From the IMG/VR virus record IMGVR_UViG_3300034374_012521, positions 54,057 to 118,056 of that record: 64,000 nucleotides of DNA. One strand, written 5' to 3'. This DNA is from a virus. This document shows positions 18,847 through 26,998 of the stretch, in pieces (the first letter of the stretch is position 1; the number at the start of each line of letters is the position of its first letter). Under the pieces are notes generated by a model that saw only the letters and a program-made list of their open reading frames with translations, searched no databases and was not told where the DNA came from. A program made the translations under genes and the position numbers.

Positions 18847-19209
18847 ATACATTCTTAGCTTTTTGTCATTAGGAACAAAATCTGTTTTGTTGTTTACAAA
18901 AATTTCCCAGGATTCTTTTGCATATTTACCAACACCTGGCAACTCCTCAACTTCAACAAATCCATCCATCCATTTTTGACTCATGGATATTATCCTTTTG
19001 GCTTTTATATTTCCAAAACCAGTTCCTTTAATAATTGGATAAATCTCATCCGTAGACAGGTTTGAGCACCTTTCCGGGGACTGTATCAGATTAAATAGAG
19101 GGTCTAATACTTTTCTTACCTGCTGATTAGTGGTTTGGTTTAACAGTATACAGATCACAGTCATCTTCCAAGGATTGTCTAAGTAATCTTCCTGTATAAG
19201 CCTTTCCAC
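18820..19209 (-). CDS. HhH-GPD DNA glycosylase, MBD4 glycosylase-domain-like
   Basis: LIQE...PWKMTVICILLNQT, HhH ELPGVGKYA, PNDKKL. Confidence 0.8.
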   Translation of the reverse strand: MERLIQEDYLDNPWKMTVICILLNQTTNQQVRKVLDPLFNLIQSPERCSNLSTDEIYPIIKGTGFGNIKAKRIISMSQKWMDGFVEVEELPGVGKYAKESWEIFVNNKTDFVPNDKKLRMYLEGLNNLN

Positions 19210-19421
19210 TACCGATTTCTTAACTTCTTGAGGTGCTCGTTTATTCTTTTGTCAAATTTAGAAGCAGTCTCGGGATAATCTAAACCCATAATCGAAGAAA
19301 GCTTATCTATAATCGACCTTCTGTCCAGGATGACATCATAATCTGGATTTCTCTCCTTTTGAATAATTTCCTGCGCAATCTCTTTTGCAAATCTTTCAAA
19401 TATTTCTTTCTCCCTTGACAT
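19209..19421 (-). CDS. Hypothetical protein
   Basis: Likely start is ATG 19421 (MSREKEIF) because 19425-19455 is a terminator hairpin. Confidence 0.6.
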   Translation of the reverse strand: MSREKEIFERFAKEIAQEIIQKERNPDYDVILDRRSIIDKLSSIMGLDYPETASKFDKRINEHLKKLRNR

Positions 19422-19424
19422 AAT

Positions 19425-19455
19425 AAAAAAGCTCAATCTTTAATAATCGAGCTTT
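19425..19455 (-). terminator. Intrinsic terminator after Hsp20
   Basis: AAAGCTCGAT-N8-ATTGAGCTTT with the T tract extending the 3' arm. Confidence 0.65.
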
Positions 19456-19486
19456 ATTATTTCTAAATGTAAGAAAAATTTCGGAA

Positions 19487-19843
19487 TTAAGCGATTTTAA
19501 TTTTCTTAGGCATGGATTCTTTCTTCTTACCTATAGAAACTTTTAAAACCCCATCCTCAATTTTTGCTTTAACTGAATCAGTATCAGCTTCATTGGGTAA
19601 CTTGAACTTCTTTGTAAAATCGTCCGTCCAATACGATTCGTTATCCTCACCAGTGATAACTAAGAAAATTCCCTCGACATCAACCGAAATATCATTTTTA
19701 GAGAATCCAGAAACGGGTATTTCTAAAACATACTCGCTATCTTTTTCATCAACAAAGTAATTGCGGCTTTGGATAACCGGATTGGTGTTGTTAAAAATCT
19801 TTTCCATCATCTCCAAAGGGCTGTAGATAGTTGTTCTGTTCAT
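19487..19843 (-). CDS. Small heat-shock protein (Hsp20/alpha-crystallin)
   Basis: YVLEIPVSGFSKNDISV ... FTKKFKLP ... AKIEDGVLKVSI ... PKKIKI; likely start ATG 19843 (MNRTTIYSP). Confidence 0.9.
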   Translation of the reverse strand: MNRTTIYSPLEMMEKIFNNTNPVIQSRNYFVDEKDSEYVLEIPVSGFSKNDISVDVEGIFLVITGEDNESYWTDDFTKKFKLPNEADTDSVKAKIEDGVLKVSIGKKKESMPKKIKIA

Positions 19844-19868
19844 AGTTTGTTTTTTTACTATTAATAGT

Positions 19869-19884
19869 TCAAATCCTATTCCAA
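19869..19884 (-). promoter_or_regulatory. Possible sigma54-like -24/-12 promoter upstream of Hsp20
   Basis: TTGGAATAGGATTTGA has GG-N10-GA spacing versus consensus TGGCAC-N5-TTGC. Confidence 0.35.
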
Positions 19885-19900
19885 TACTAAAAAACAAAGA

Positions 19901-19925
19901 AAAAGGTGCCTTTTTGGCACCTTTT
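19901..19925. promoter_or_regulatory. Perfect 10-bp inverted repeat (terminator or operator)
   Basis: AAAAGGTGCC-TTTTT-GGCACCTTTT between 19950..20441 and Hsp20. Confidence 0.55.
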
Positions 19926-19949
19926 AGCAATCTTGTATGACTTTTCGTC

Positions 19950-20441
19950 TTATTTCTGCAAAGACTTCATCATCTCTTTGAAATCATCAAAGCTTTTAAT
20001 AACACGATCTTTCTTTTTCTTCTTTTTGCCAGCCCCTTTTGCTGCTGGGGTTCCTACTGTAAGAGAAGGGAACTTATCCCCAGATCCAACTGCTCCGTTG
20101 TAGAAATCTGCATTGGTACCACCAGATGATGGAGCTTCAACATTTCCCATTCCCTGTGTAGTACCTAGAGTAGCGAATGCTCCACCGCCGTCTCCAGCTG
20201 GTGCAGGTGCTCCACCGTCCATTTCTTTGAGTTCGTAGCCTTCACAACCACAACTTTTCATTTCTTCGTCCATTTGCCATTTTTCAACACAATAGTCGTT
20301 TTCGTCCAACCATTCCTTGATTTTAAGTTCCATAGCATCTGGAGTTTCCTGGTCTTCCATTACCGGAACATCTTCACAGCACAAACAAACTAGTGTTCGA
20401 CCATTTGTAGAATTTCCAGTTGGATAATACATTGAATCCAT
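19950..20441 (-). CDS. Hypothetical protein (Gly/Ala-rich, basic C-terminus)
   Basis: Ends KKKKKKDRVIKSFDDFKEMMK, a C-terminal copy of the targeting-like motif. Confidence 0.7.
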   Translation of the reverse strand: MDSMYYPTGNSTNGRTLVCLCCEDVPVMEDQETPDAMELKIKEWLDENDYCVEKWQMDEEMKSCGCEGYELKEMDGGAPAPAGDGGGAFATLGTTQGMGNVEAPSSGGTNADFYNGAVGSGDKFPSLTVGTPAAKGAGKKKKKKDRVIKSFDDFKEMMKSLQK

Positions 20442-20443
20442 TT

Positions 20444-20671
20444 TTAATCTAATATTTTTTGAACATTCTTGGCAAATATTCTAAGAGAATTACCCTGCTC
20501 GTCCTTTACTGTGTAACCAACGATGTCTTTATAAGCATCATAGATTGGAGAAATTACGAGTAATTTATTTCCGTTGGTGTCAAGAATAAACTTACCAGAC
20601 AAATCATCATGCTGCTTAGTAGTTTGAGTTGTTGTAGCATTCCTTGATCCCTTATTACATCCACATCCCAT
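20444..20671 (-). CDS. Hypothetical protein
   Basis: MGCGCNK start; GATAAATA at 20696-20703. Confidence 0.65.
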   Translation of the reverse strand: MGCGCNKGSRNATTTQTTKQHDDLSGKFILDTNGNKLLVISPIYDAYKDIVGYTVKDEQGNSLRIFAKNVQKILD

Positions 20672-20698
20672 TTTATGTTCTTTAAGTTGTTTCTATAT

Positions 20699-21109
20699 TT
20701 ATCTGTAGTCCTTCCTTAATTCCTTTCTCCGTAGATAATTAAAGAGGTATCTTAATGCCTTTTTATATTCCTTACCGTTTCTGAAAGGTGATGGATAAGT
20801 CCTAATAGTATTTCCTTGTCCCTCTGGGGTTTCATTTGATTTGATTGGGTTATAGCGACGAACTACACCTGTTGGGTGTATAGTGTAAAATACCTCACCA
20901 TATCCCCTTACCTCAGGCTGATTCTTTCTTTTGAATTTGAGTGTATTGTTGAGCTCTTGTTGGTCTGAGGTCTCATCAGAAAAGCCAAGCTCTAAGATAT
21001 CCCTATATGCATCAGATTTTCTTATCTTGTCTAGGTCTATGCTTCTCCTTTCATCCTCAAGATATTCAGATTTAGGATCATACTTTTCAAATTCAAAAAG
21101 ATTAATCAT
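20699..21109 (-). CDS. Hypothetical protein
   Basis: MINLFEFEKY N-terminus; coupled to the upstream gene. Confidence 0.7.
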   Translation of the reverse strand: MINLFEFEKYDPKSEYLEDERRSIDLDKIRKSDAYRDILELGFSDETSDQQELNNTLKFKRKNQPEVRGYGEVFYTIHPTGVVRRYNPIKSNETPEGQGNTIRTYPSPFRNGKEYKKALRYLFNYLRRKELRKDYR

Positions 21110-21543
21110 TACTTCTTTATATCCTTTATCCAGTCTCTATAATCCTTAAGATTCTCGAGATTTCTCTTACCTGCTTTACTCTTTTTAGCATCAGGATTTA
21201 AGTAAGGGATGATAGGTTTTATTCCGTCCCCAAAATTCATCTTAGGAGAGAATGAAGGCATATCTTTAGAATCAATGACCCCGAGGGAAGCACCCTCTTC
21301 ATTAACAGGTTGTCCGTCCTTGACGTTTTCCGGTAAATCCTTAGATTTTGTCTTTGCAAACTTTTTTAGCTCCTTGTCAGTCATAGGTGCAATGAATTTC
21401 CCATCTTTATCCTTATACCCAAAGGCAATCTTTTCAATCTCCTTTCGATATCTTGGGCTGATGTCCTTGAGCTTCAGCTCGTTTTGTCTTAGAGCCCAAG
21501 CTTGACCCATTATTGCCTGCTGTGCTTTACTTACTGATGGCAT
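21109..21543 (-). CDS. DUF3008-like protein
   Basis: MPSVSKAQQAIMG ... MTDKELKKFAKTKSKDLPE. Confidence 0.6.
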   Translation of the reverse strand: MPSVSKAQQAIMGQAWALRQNELKLKDISPRYRKEIEKIAFGYKDKDGKFIAPMTDKELKKFAKTKSKDLPENVKDGQPVNEEGASLGVIDSKDMPSFSPKMNFGDGIKPIIPYLNPDAKKSKAGKRNLENLKDYRDWIKDIKK

Positions 21544-21544
21544 C

Positions 21545-22081
21545 TCAAATCTTATATTTTTCGAAGGGAATAATAATTTTCAAACCCTCTTCTACTTTTT
21601 GCAGTTTAGTGTAGTAGTCAGGATCTTCTACCAAATGATCCTTAGCTATCTCTGAAGCTAGATTCTCATCATCGGTATGTTCCATTTCTACCTTAATCCC
21701 CATCTGAAGTTGTTTTTCTAAGTGCGATAGCATCTTTTCTATAGCATCCCGATCAACATGGTCCATAGAGTCATCATATGTGTGAAGGATAGCGATGTCC
21801 CTCAGGTTCTTATCTGAGGAAACACCACCTTCAATTTTTTCGTCAGAATCCTCCTGCAAATAAAGACCCTTCATCTTTTTCTTTATCTCTGCAGGGCTCA
21901 TTGGCTTGGCGTTTAATTCCCAATTAGCTGCGGGGTTAATGATCTTCTTCTTTCCCTTCTTCCAATCGGGAAACGTCCAAAGCCATCTATTGTAACCCTT
22001 CCCAACTATCTCAAACCCCTTGTCTCCTGGTTGGATAGCAATGGGCGATTGAGGGGGAATATAACTACCTGTATTTGCCAT
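21545..22081 (-). CDS. Protein with DUF5661-like domain
   Basis: QLQMGIKVEMEHT...EIAKDHLVEDPDYYTKL. Confidence 0.65.
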   Translation of the reverse strand: MANTGSYIPPQSPIAIQPGDKGFEIVGKGYNRWLWTFPDWKKGKKKIINPAANWELNAKPMSPAEIKKKMKGLYLQEDSDEKIEGGVSSDKNLRDIAILHTYDDSMDHVDRDAIEKMLSHLEKQLQMGIKVEMEHTDDENLASEIAKDHLVEDPDYYTKLQKVEEGLKIIIPFEKYKI

Positions 22082-22287
22082 TATTCTATAACTGCTTCGA
22101 TTTTGGATTTTGAAATTTGTGTGGTTTCAAAAAATCCTGTTGTTCCATCAAGGAACTCTGCTACCTTTGTTTCAACCTCTAGCACAGACTCAGCTGCGAT
22201 AAGAAATTCTGATTTGTGAATTACTGGATCACCATTTCTTTTGGTTTCAGTTGATTCAAAGCTAACTTTTGCTACGTAATATCCCAT
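22081..22287 (-). CDS. DUF4494-like protein (Bacteroidota-type)
   Basis: YYVAKVSFE...KSEFLIAAESVLEVETKV...ISKSKIEAV; GATATATA at 22307-22314. Confidence 0.6.
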   Translation of the reverse strand: MGYYVAKVSFESTETKRNGDPVIHKSEFLIAAESVLEVETKVAEFLDGTTGFFETTQISKSKIEAVIE

Positions 22288-22348
22288 ATGTATAAAATTT
22301 ACATCTTATATATCATAAAGGTAGTTTTATTCCATTTCAGTGTACACA

Positions 22349-22373
22349 GAAAAGGCAGCCGAATAGGCTGCCT
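22349..22373 (-). terminator. Intrinsic terminator after the Hc1-like gene
   Basis: AGGCAGCC-TATTC-GGCTGCCT followed by TTT on the minus strand. Confidence 0.75.
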
Positions 22374-22396
22374 AATATCTGTTTGTAATTGGTTTC

Positions 22397-22573
22397 TTAA
22401 GAGTTGTTTTTCATCTCTTGAACGTCCAACCTTACTTGTTGAGCAAGCTTCTTAACTTCTTGCATGGCTTGGCGAACTCTTGTTCCAGCTGCCTTATTGC
22501 CTTTTTCAACAAACTTTGCTACGTCAGCTTCTGCAGCTTCCATAACTTCTTTGATTCGATCGAAATTTTCCAT
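22397..22573 (-). CDS. Histone H1-like (Hc1-family, Bacteroidota-type) small protein, 58 aa
   Basis: Not in the ORF track. Translated by hand: MENFDRIKEVMEAAEADVAKFVEKGNKAAGTRVRQAMQEVKKLAQQVRLDVQEMKNNS; GNKAAGTRxR signature; TATAAATA at 22592-22599 and own terminator. Confidence 0.8.
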   Translation of the reverse strand: MENFDRIKEVMEAAEADVAKFVEKGNKAAGTRVRQAMQEVKKLAQQVRLDVQEMKNNS

Positions 22574-22630
22574 AATTGTTTAAATTTTCCTTATTTATAG
22601 AATTGTTAAAAGTAAATGTTTCGATTTAGG

Positions 22631-23170
22631 TTATCTACTGATTATGAACGTTCCCTTGTGGGATCCTTCTTGCATAGACCATTCTGGCCCTAAGAAAGAA
22701 AGCAAAACGGATTTTACCATCTCTTCATAGTTTTCAATATCCATATTATCCTGCATTTCGTCAAATATACGAATTACTTTTGGATTTTTCTCAAGATAAT
22801 TTAGTAAAGCTTTGGATACCTGCTCCAAGAATCTGCTTAAATCGTTATCTTTAAGAGTGAACTTAGCATCGTTCAGGTCAGGAATCTCTGATTTCTTAAT
22901 AGCAATGTCCTCTATGATTTCAGGGGCAATCTCATTTACATTGAGAATTGCATAGGAATTTTTAGGTCCCTCCATTGTCTCATACTGTGAATATTTACCA
23001 ACTACCAGCATAAATCCTTTTTGGGATCCATTCTCAAGTTCTAATTGAAAAAGGTAGTTATAAATATCACCATCCTTCACTAGCAAAAAAGGGAAGGTTC
23101 CAAACCCATCTCCTTCGTTGACAGAGCTAGATTTTAGGAAGTCTGAGAAATTCTGTATTCTTTTTTCCAC
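22631..23170 (-). CDS. Hypothetical protein with capsid-targeting-like N-terminus
   Basis: MEKRIQNFSDFLKSSSVNEG; GATATATA at 23190-23197. Confidence 0.75.
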   Translation of the reverse strand: MEKRIQNFSDFLKSSSVNEGDGFGTFPFLLVKDGDIYNYLFQLELENGSQKGFMLVVGKYSQYETMEGPKNSYAILNVNEIAPEIIEDIAIKKSEIPDLNDAKFTLKDNDLSRFLEQVSKALLNYLEKNPKVIRIFDEMQDNMDIENYEEMVKSVLLSFLGPEWSMQEGSHKGTFIISR

Positions 23171-23195
23171 TGGTTTATTTATATTTTTTTATATA

Positions 23196-25109
23196 TCATC
23201 CCCTGACGCTTGTAATAAGGTCGTTGTAAAGATTAGATACCTCTTTTGGAACCATCTTTTTGAACTTAGAAAAGTCTTGGTCCTTCATAGCTTGTCTAAC
23301 CTCAGTACCGCTCGTTACCCTTGGTGTTTCTACAATACCAAGGTCATCACTTATTTTGTCCTTAATATCAGACATCTTAACATAGTCTATCTGCTTAGTG
23401 TAGTCATCAATTCGGTCGGGGCCTGCACCAATTAACTTGGGATCATATCCCATGTCTACTAGTCTTGCAATAGCAGACCCAAGAAGACCTCTTGTAGCAA
23501 GGACATATCCTTCAATCTCCTCGTTATTAGCAACTATTGCATCCATATATCTTTTGATTGCCTCCTCATCAAATGGGGATTTTCCAGACTTGTTGTGTCC
23601 AGGATAAACCACAACAACAAAAGATGGGAGATCGTTTTTCTCCATGAGATCCTTCGCCATCTTAAGATGTCCCTGGTGGAAAGGCTGGAATCTACCCATT
23701 ATGACATTAACTGGTTTTCTTTCCTCCGTATCTTTCTCCTTGAGCATTTCTACCTCAGCCGGGATCTCCTCGTTATCAATGGTTTCTAACTTGCTGATAA
23801 ATTCCTGATATGAGAAAAAAGGGTCTTCGCTGGAATCCGTATCGTCCTCTTCTTGCAGATATTCTACTGAAGGTAGGTTTTCCTTTCTAAATTCTCCAAA
23901 GCTAATAAATTTAGATTCGTTTACTTTCTTCTCTGGTTTTTTGATGTAGTCCTTAATATCTTTAATCAAAATATTCATCTGATCCTTCATACCAGAAGTT
24001 ATGATACCACCTGCTCTAGTTTTTATCTTCCTAAAGGAATTAAGAATGAGTTTAAATAAAGACTCAAATGAGTCATCCTTCTCAACATATTTAAGAACTC
24101 TTCTGTCTTTAATCTTTTCCTTATTCAGTCTGAATTCATCCCTCTTTAAGTAATCAGGCTCCTCAAAATCAGTACCCTTATACTTCTCCTCATATTCATC
24201 CAGGAATTTAACAAATACGTCTCCCATAAAGGAAATGTATCTCTCGTCTTCAGACTCACCTTCAACTTCAAATTCAGAAAGATCTTTTTCCAAAATGAAA
24301 TTCATCACATCAAGCAATGTGATTCCAAGAAAATCCGAAGGCTTTTTACTCTTTTTGTCAGCAAACTTTTGCTTAGCTATTTCAGTGAATATAGGATCCA
24401 CCATTTTGGCTAATACAGTATCACTATCTCCATCGAGCTCTCCAAATCTAAAAACTATACCCTCGACATCCTTATCTAGGTCGTCGTTAAGAGCAGTTTT
24501 AGTTAAATCCGGGTTTAGGGTCTTAATAACAAACCTAACAAAAGATTGTGTTTTGAACCTTTCAACAAGATCTTTGAACGGCGTGTTCAAAAAATCCATA
24601 AGCTCAGATTTCTGATCTTCGTCCAACACCCCCTGGAAAACGATTGGTGGTCTTTCAACTCCAATCAGATCTGCCCAATTATCCAATTCTTCCTTATCCT
24701 GGATAGTACTTTCTATCTTACCGCCAGTACCCATTTTATGGATATAAGAGAGAATTAGATTATTCTTTGGTAATCTATCATACGAGATCTCTACAGGTTT
24801 GGTGTTTGAAAAATACTCAAGACCAAATCTCCATCCCCTAGGTATTTTTTCCAATATGTTTGGTGGGAGTGATTCAATATACTGGATTGGCTTCTCATAA
24901 TACTTCATGAGTGTTCTGTCCACAAGAGTTATAGGATTTCTTTGATCCCTCCTATAAAACCTAAAATTACCAGATTCTTTATCTCTCTCAAAAGAGAAAG
25001 CTGATCCGTCCATCTTTTCATTGATCGTTACGTAACGATTAAAAAGCTGGTTGACAAAATCAGATCCCTTCTTATTATAAATGTCATATAAGTGATTTAT
25101 TCCCGCCAT
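23196..25109 (-). CDS. Fusion protein: N-terminal ATP-dependent ligase-like nucleotidyltransferase domain plus C-terminal HxGH cytidyltransferase/NMNAT-like domain
   Basis: INEKMDGS (KxDG motif I), FGLEY, EGIVF, AKMVD; then GRFQPFHQGH ... TSGTEVR. Confidence 0.75.
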   Translation of the reverse strand: MAGINHLYDIYNKKGSDFVNQLFNRYVTINEKMDGSAFSFERDKESGNFRFYRRDQRNPITLVDRTLMKYYEKPIQYIESLPPNILEKIPRGWRFGLEYFSNTKPVEISYDRLPKNNLILSYIHKMGTGGKIESTIQDKEELDNWADLIGVERPPIVFQGVLDEDQKSELMDFLNTPFKDLVERFKTQSFVRFVIKTLNPDLTKTALNDDLDKDVEGIVFRFGELDGDSDTVLAKMVDPIFTEIAKQKFADKKSKKPSDFLGITLLDVMNFILEKDLSEFEVEGESEDERYISFMGDVFVKFLDEYEEKYKGTDFEEPDYLKRDEFRLNKEKIKDRRVLKYVEKDDSFESLFKLILNSFRKIKTRAGGIITSGMKDQMNILIKDIKDYIKKPEKKVNESKFISFGEFRKENLPSVEYLQEEDDTDSSEDPFFSYQEFISKLETIDNEEIPAEVEMLKEKDTEERKPVNVIMGRFQPFHQGHLKMAKDLMEKNDLPSFVVVVYPGHNKSGKSPFDEEAIKRYMDAIVANNEEIEGYVLATRGLLGSAIARLVDMGYDPKLIGAGPDRIDDYTKQIDYVKMSDIKDKISDDLGIVETPRVTSGTEVRQAMKDQDFSKFKKMVPKEVSNLYNDLITSVRG

Positions 25110-25113
25110 CCTC

Positions 25114-25566
25114 TTAGTTCAATAGAATTTTTACGTTCCCCATGTCATCTGTGTTCTTAATAAGTACAGGCCCAAGTTGAATATCAACTCCAACAGTTAC
25201 TTTTTGGTCCACTATAAGTTTTGCTAAACCTCTTATGATCGTTTCTATAAGAATTTTCGATCTTTCTTGTAATTCCATCTGATGTATTATAGCCAACTCT
25301 TCCAATAAAGATTCAACCTCGGGGGCTTCGTTTCGATTCTCCAATAGATGAAAAACCTCTTTCTCAATTTCATAGTACTTTTGACCCTCCAGAAATACAT
25401 TAGCACTTCCATCTTCCTCCCTCTCAATTACACCATTTAGACCAAGTACAGTGGAAAAAGAAATAAGTCCATCTTCTTCCCTAGCTACAAGTGATGGCGA
25501 ATCCTTTTCCAGAAAAACCTCAAGTGCTCCGTAGATTAAATCATTATGTCTTTGAGTAAATTCCAT
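25114..25566 (-). CDS. Hypothetical protein
   Basis: 150 aa acidic ORF coupled to its neighbours. Confidence 0.7.
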   Translation of the reverse strand: MEFTQRHNDLIYGALEVFLEKDSPSLVAREEDGLISFSTVLGLNGVIEREEDGSANVFLEGQKYYEIEKEVFHLLENRNEAPEVESLLEELAIIHQMELQERSKILIETIIRGLAKLIVDQKVTVGVDIQLGPVLIKNTDDMGNVKILLN

Positions 25567-26477
25567 TATTTGATCTCTGTGGGGATTTCAAATCCTCCGT
25601 TTATTAAGTACCTTTCTAGATCATCCCGGATCTCATCCTTCTTGTCTGCATGAACAAAGTTTGGTGAAGAAACTATTTTCCAAGCATCCTCAAAAGATTT
25701 AAGATCTTCCTTCCTAATTCCGCTACCAAACATCATCTCAACAAACTCATCTGGATCCCTAGTTACCAAAGTACTTTCACCTTTAACTGTTTTAGGGCTT
25801 TTGAGTCTTTTTGTAGCTCCTTTGAAGGACTTTCTATTTTTGAAAATACCGTCACTCAATCTTAGGGCATAAGAATAGAAATCTTCAAGTTCGCCATTCT
25901 CGTCCTTAGATATCACTTCCTTCAAAGCAGAAAGGATCGCTTGGAAAAGCCAGTTTCTGTGAGCTGATTTGTATTTACTTTCGTTCTTTCTGTAATCTGG
26001 GGAATAGAAAATAAACTTAGCCCAGTCCATATCAGAAATTGGAATTAGATCCAATTGAACTATACCATTTTCAGCATCACCCTCTATAGGCCAGCCAATT
26101 GAAAGAACGTTGATTCCCCTCATTAATTTCATATCGGGTACAAACCCAAGTTTGTTATGTAGTGTCTCTGAAAGGTTCTTATATAAAGCTCCAAGAACAT
26201 CATCCTCGGAAACACCTAATCTTTTCGAAAGAAACTTTTTATCTATCCCGAGGTCAATATCTCCAGATGTGTCGTTTTGATCTTTCTTCTTACCGATGCT
26301 ACCAATGATAAGGTATTCCTTGTCTACCTCACCACCACCAAGCAAAGGGAAAAGGATTTCTTTGATAGACTCCATAGTTTTTGGAACCTCACTCTCCTTT
26401 ATCCTTCTGGATTCTTTTATCGCCGCTCCGCCTTCAAATAACGAAACGTAATCCCCAAATTTTAGCACGTTTCTCAT
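25566..26477 (-). CDS. Pol-beta superfamily nucleotidyltransferase with capsid-targeting-like N-terminus
   Basis: IIGSIGKK...SGDIDLG ... VQLDLI; MRNVLKFGDYVSLFEGG. Confidence 0.7.
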   Translation of the reverse strand: MRNVLKFGDYVSLFEGGAAIKESRRIKESEVPKTMESIKEILFPLLGGGEVDKEYLIIGSIGKKKDQNDTSGDIDLGIDKKFLSKRLGVSEDDVLGALYKNLSETLHNKLGFVPDMKLMRGINVLSIGWPIEGDAENGIVQLDLIPISDMDWAKFIFYSPDYRKNESKYKSAHRNWLFQAILSALKEVISKDENGELEDFYSYALRLSDGIFKNRKSFKGATKRLKSPKTVKGESTLVTRDPDEFVEMMFGSGIRKEDLKSFEDAWKIVSSPNFVHADKKDEIRDDLERYLINGGFEIPTEIK

Positions 26478-26974
26478 TTTTCTAAATCAAAATAGTCTGT
26501 GGCAGAAAAGACGTAATCCTTGTAAAGCTGTTGATCTCTTCCTTGTGGGTTGTTTATATCAAAGTCTTTACCAAAAGTCGACTTACCCTTTCGGATAGCA
26601 TCCCTATAGAAAGTCTCATATTCACCCCTTTTGTTTTTTCCAGAGGCTTTAATTGAATCTCCCCATCTGGATAACACCTGGTCTTTGTTTTTACTTAGAT
26701 CCTCAACATCCATGCTTGCTGCCTTACCAGAATCAAATAGATCAGCAATTCCCTGACCCAATTTTTGCAGTCCCTCTACAGCACCTCTTACAAGTCTCTG
26801 TAAAGCCCCGCCTTCATCATAAGTCATTTGATAGATTTTCTCAGCGCCGGTTTCTGCCTCTATGCTTCTCCTTTTCTGCTTAATCCACTCAGTAGCAGAA
26901 TATGGTTCTCTTCTTTCAACATTCTCGTTGAGAAAACTTTGAAAATCTTTTATGTTATCCATTATCTTCCTCAT
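26474..26974 (-). CDS. Hypothetical protein with capsid-targeting-like N-terminus
   Basis: (MRKI)MDNIKDFQSFLNENVE; GATATATA at 26981-26988. Confidence 0.75.
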   Translation of the reverse strand: MRKIMDNIKDFQSFLNENVERREPYSATEWIKQKRRSIEAETGAEKIYQMTYDEGGALQRLVRGAVEGLQKLGQGIADLFDSGKAASMDVEDLSKNKDQVLSRWGDSIKASGKNKRGEYETFYRDAIRKGKSTFGKDFDINNPQGRDQQLYKDYVFSATDYFDLEK

Positions 26975-26998
26975 TTATCCTATATATCGGACAAATGA

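Noticed and set aside
12279-19209. Eukaryotic or giant-virus origin suggested by the RNR type and MBD4-like gene
   Set aside because: T4-like gp32, gp61, UvsW and gp3-like genes, PhoH, an amidase homologue, intrinsic terminators and overlapping operons indicate a bacteriophage.
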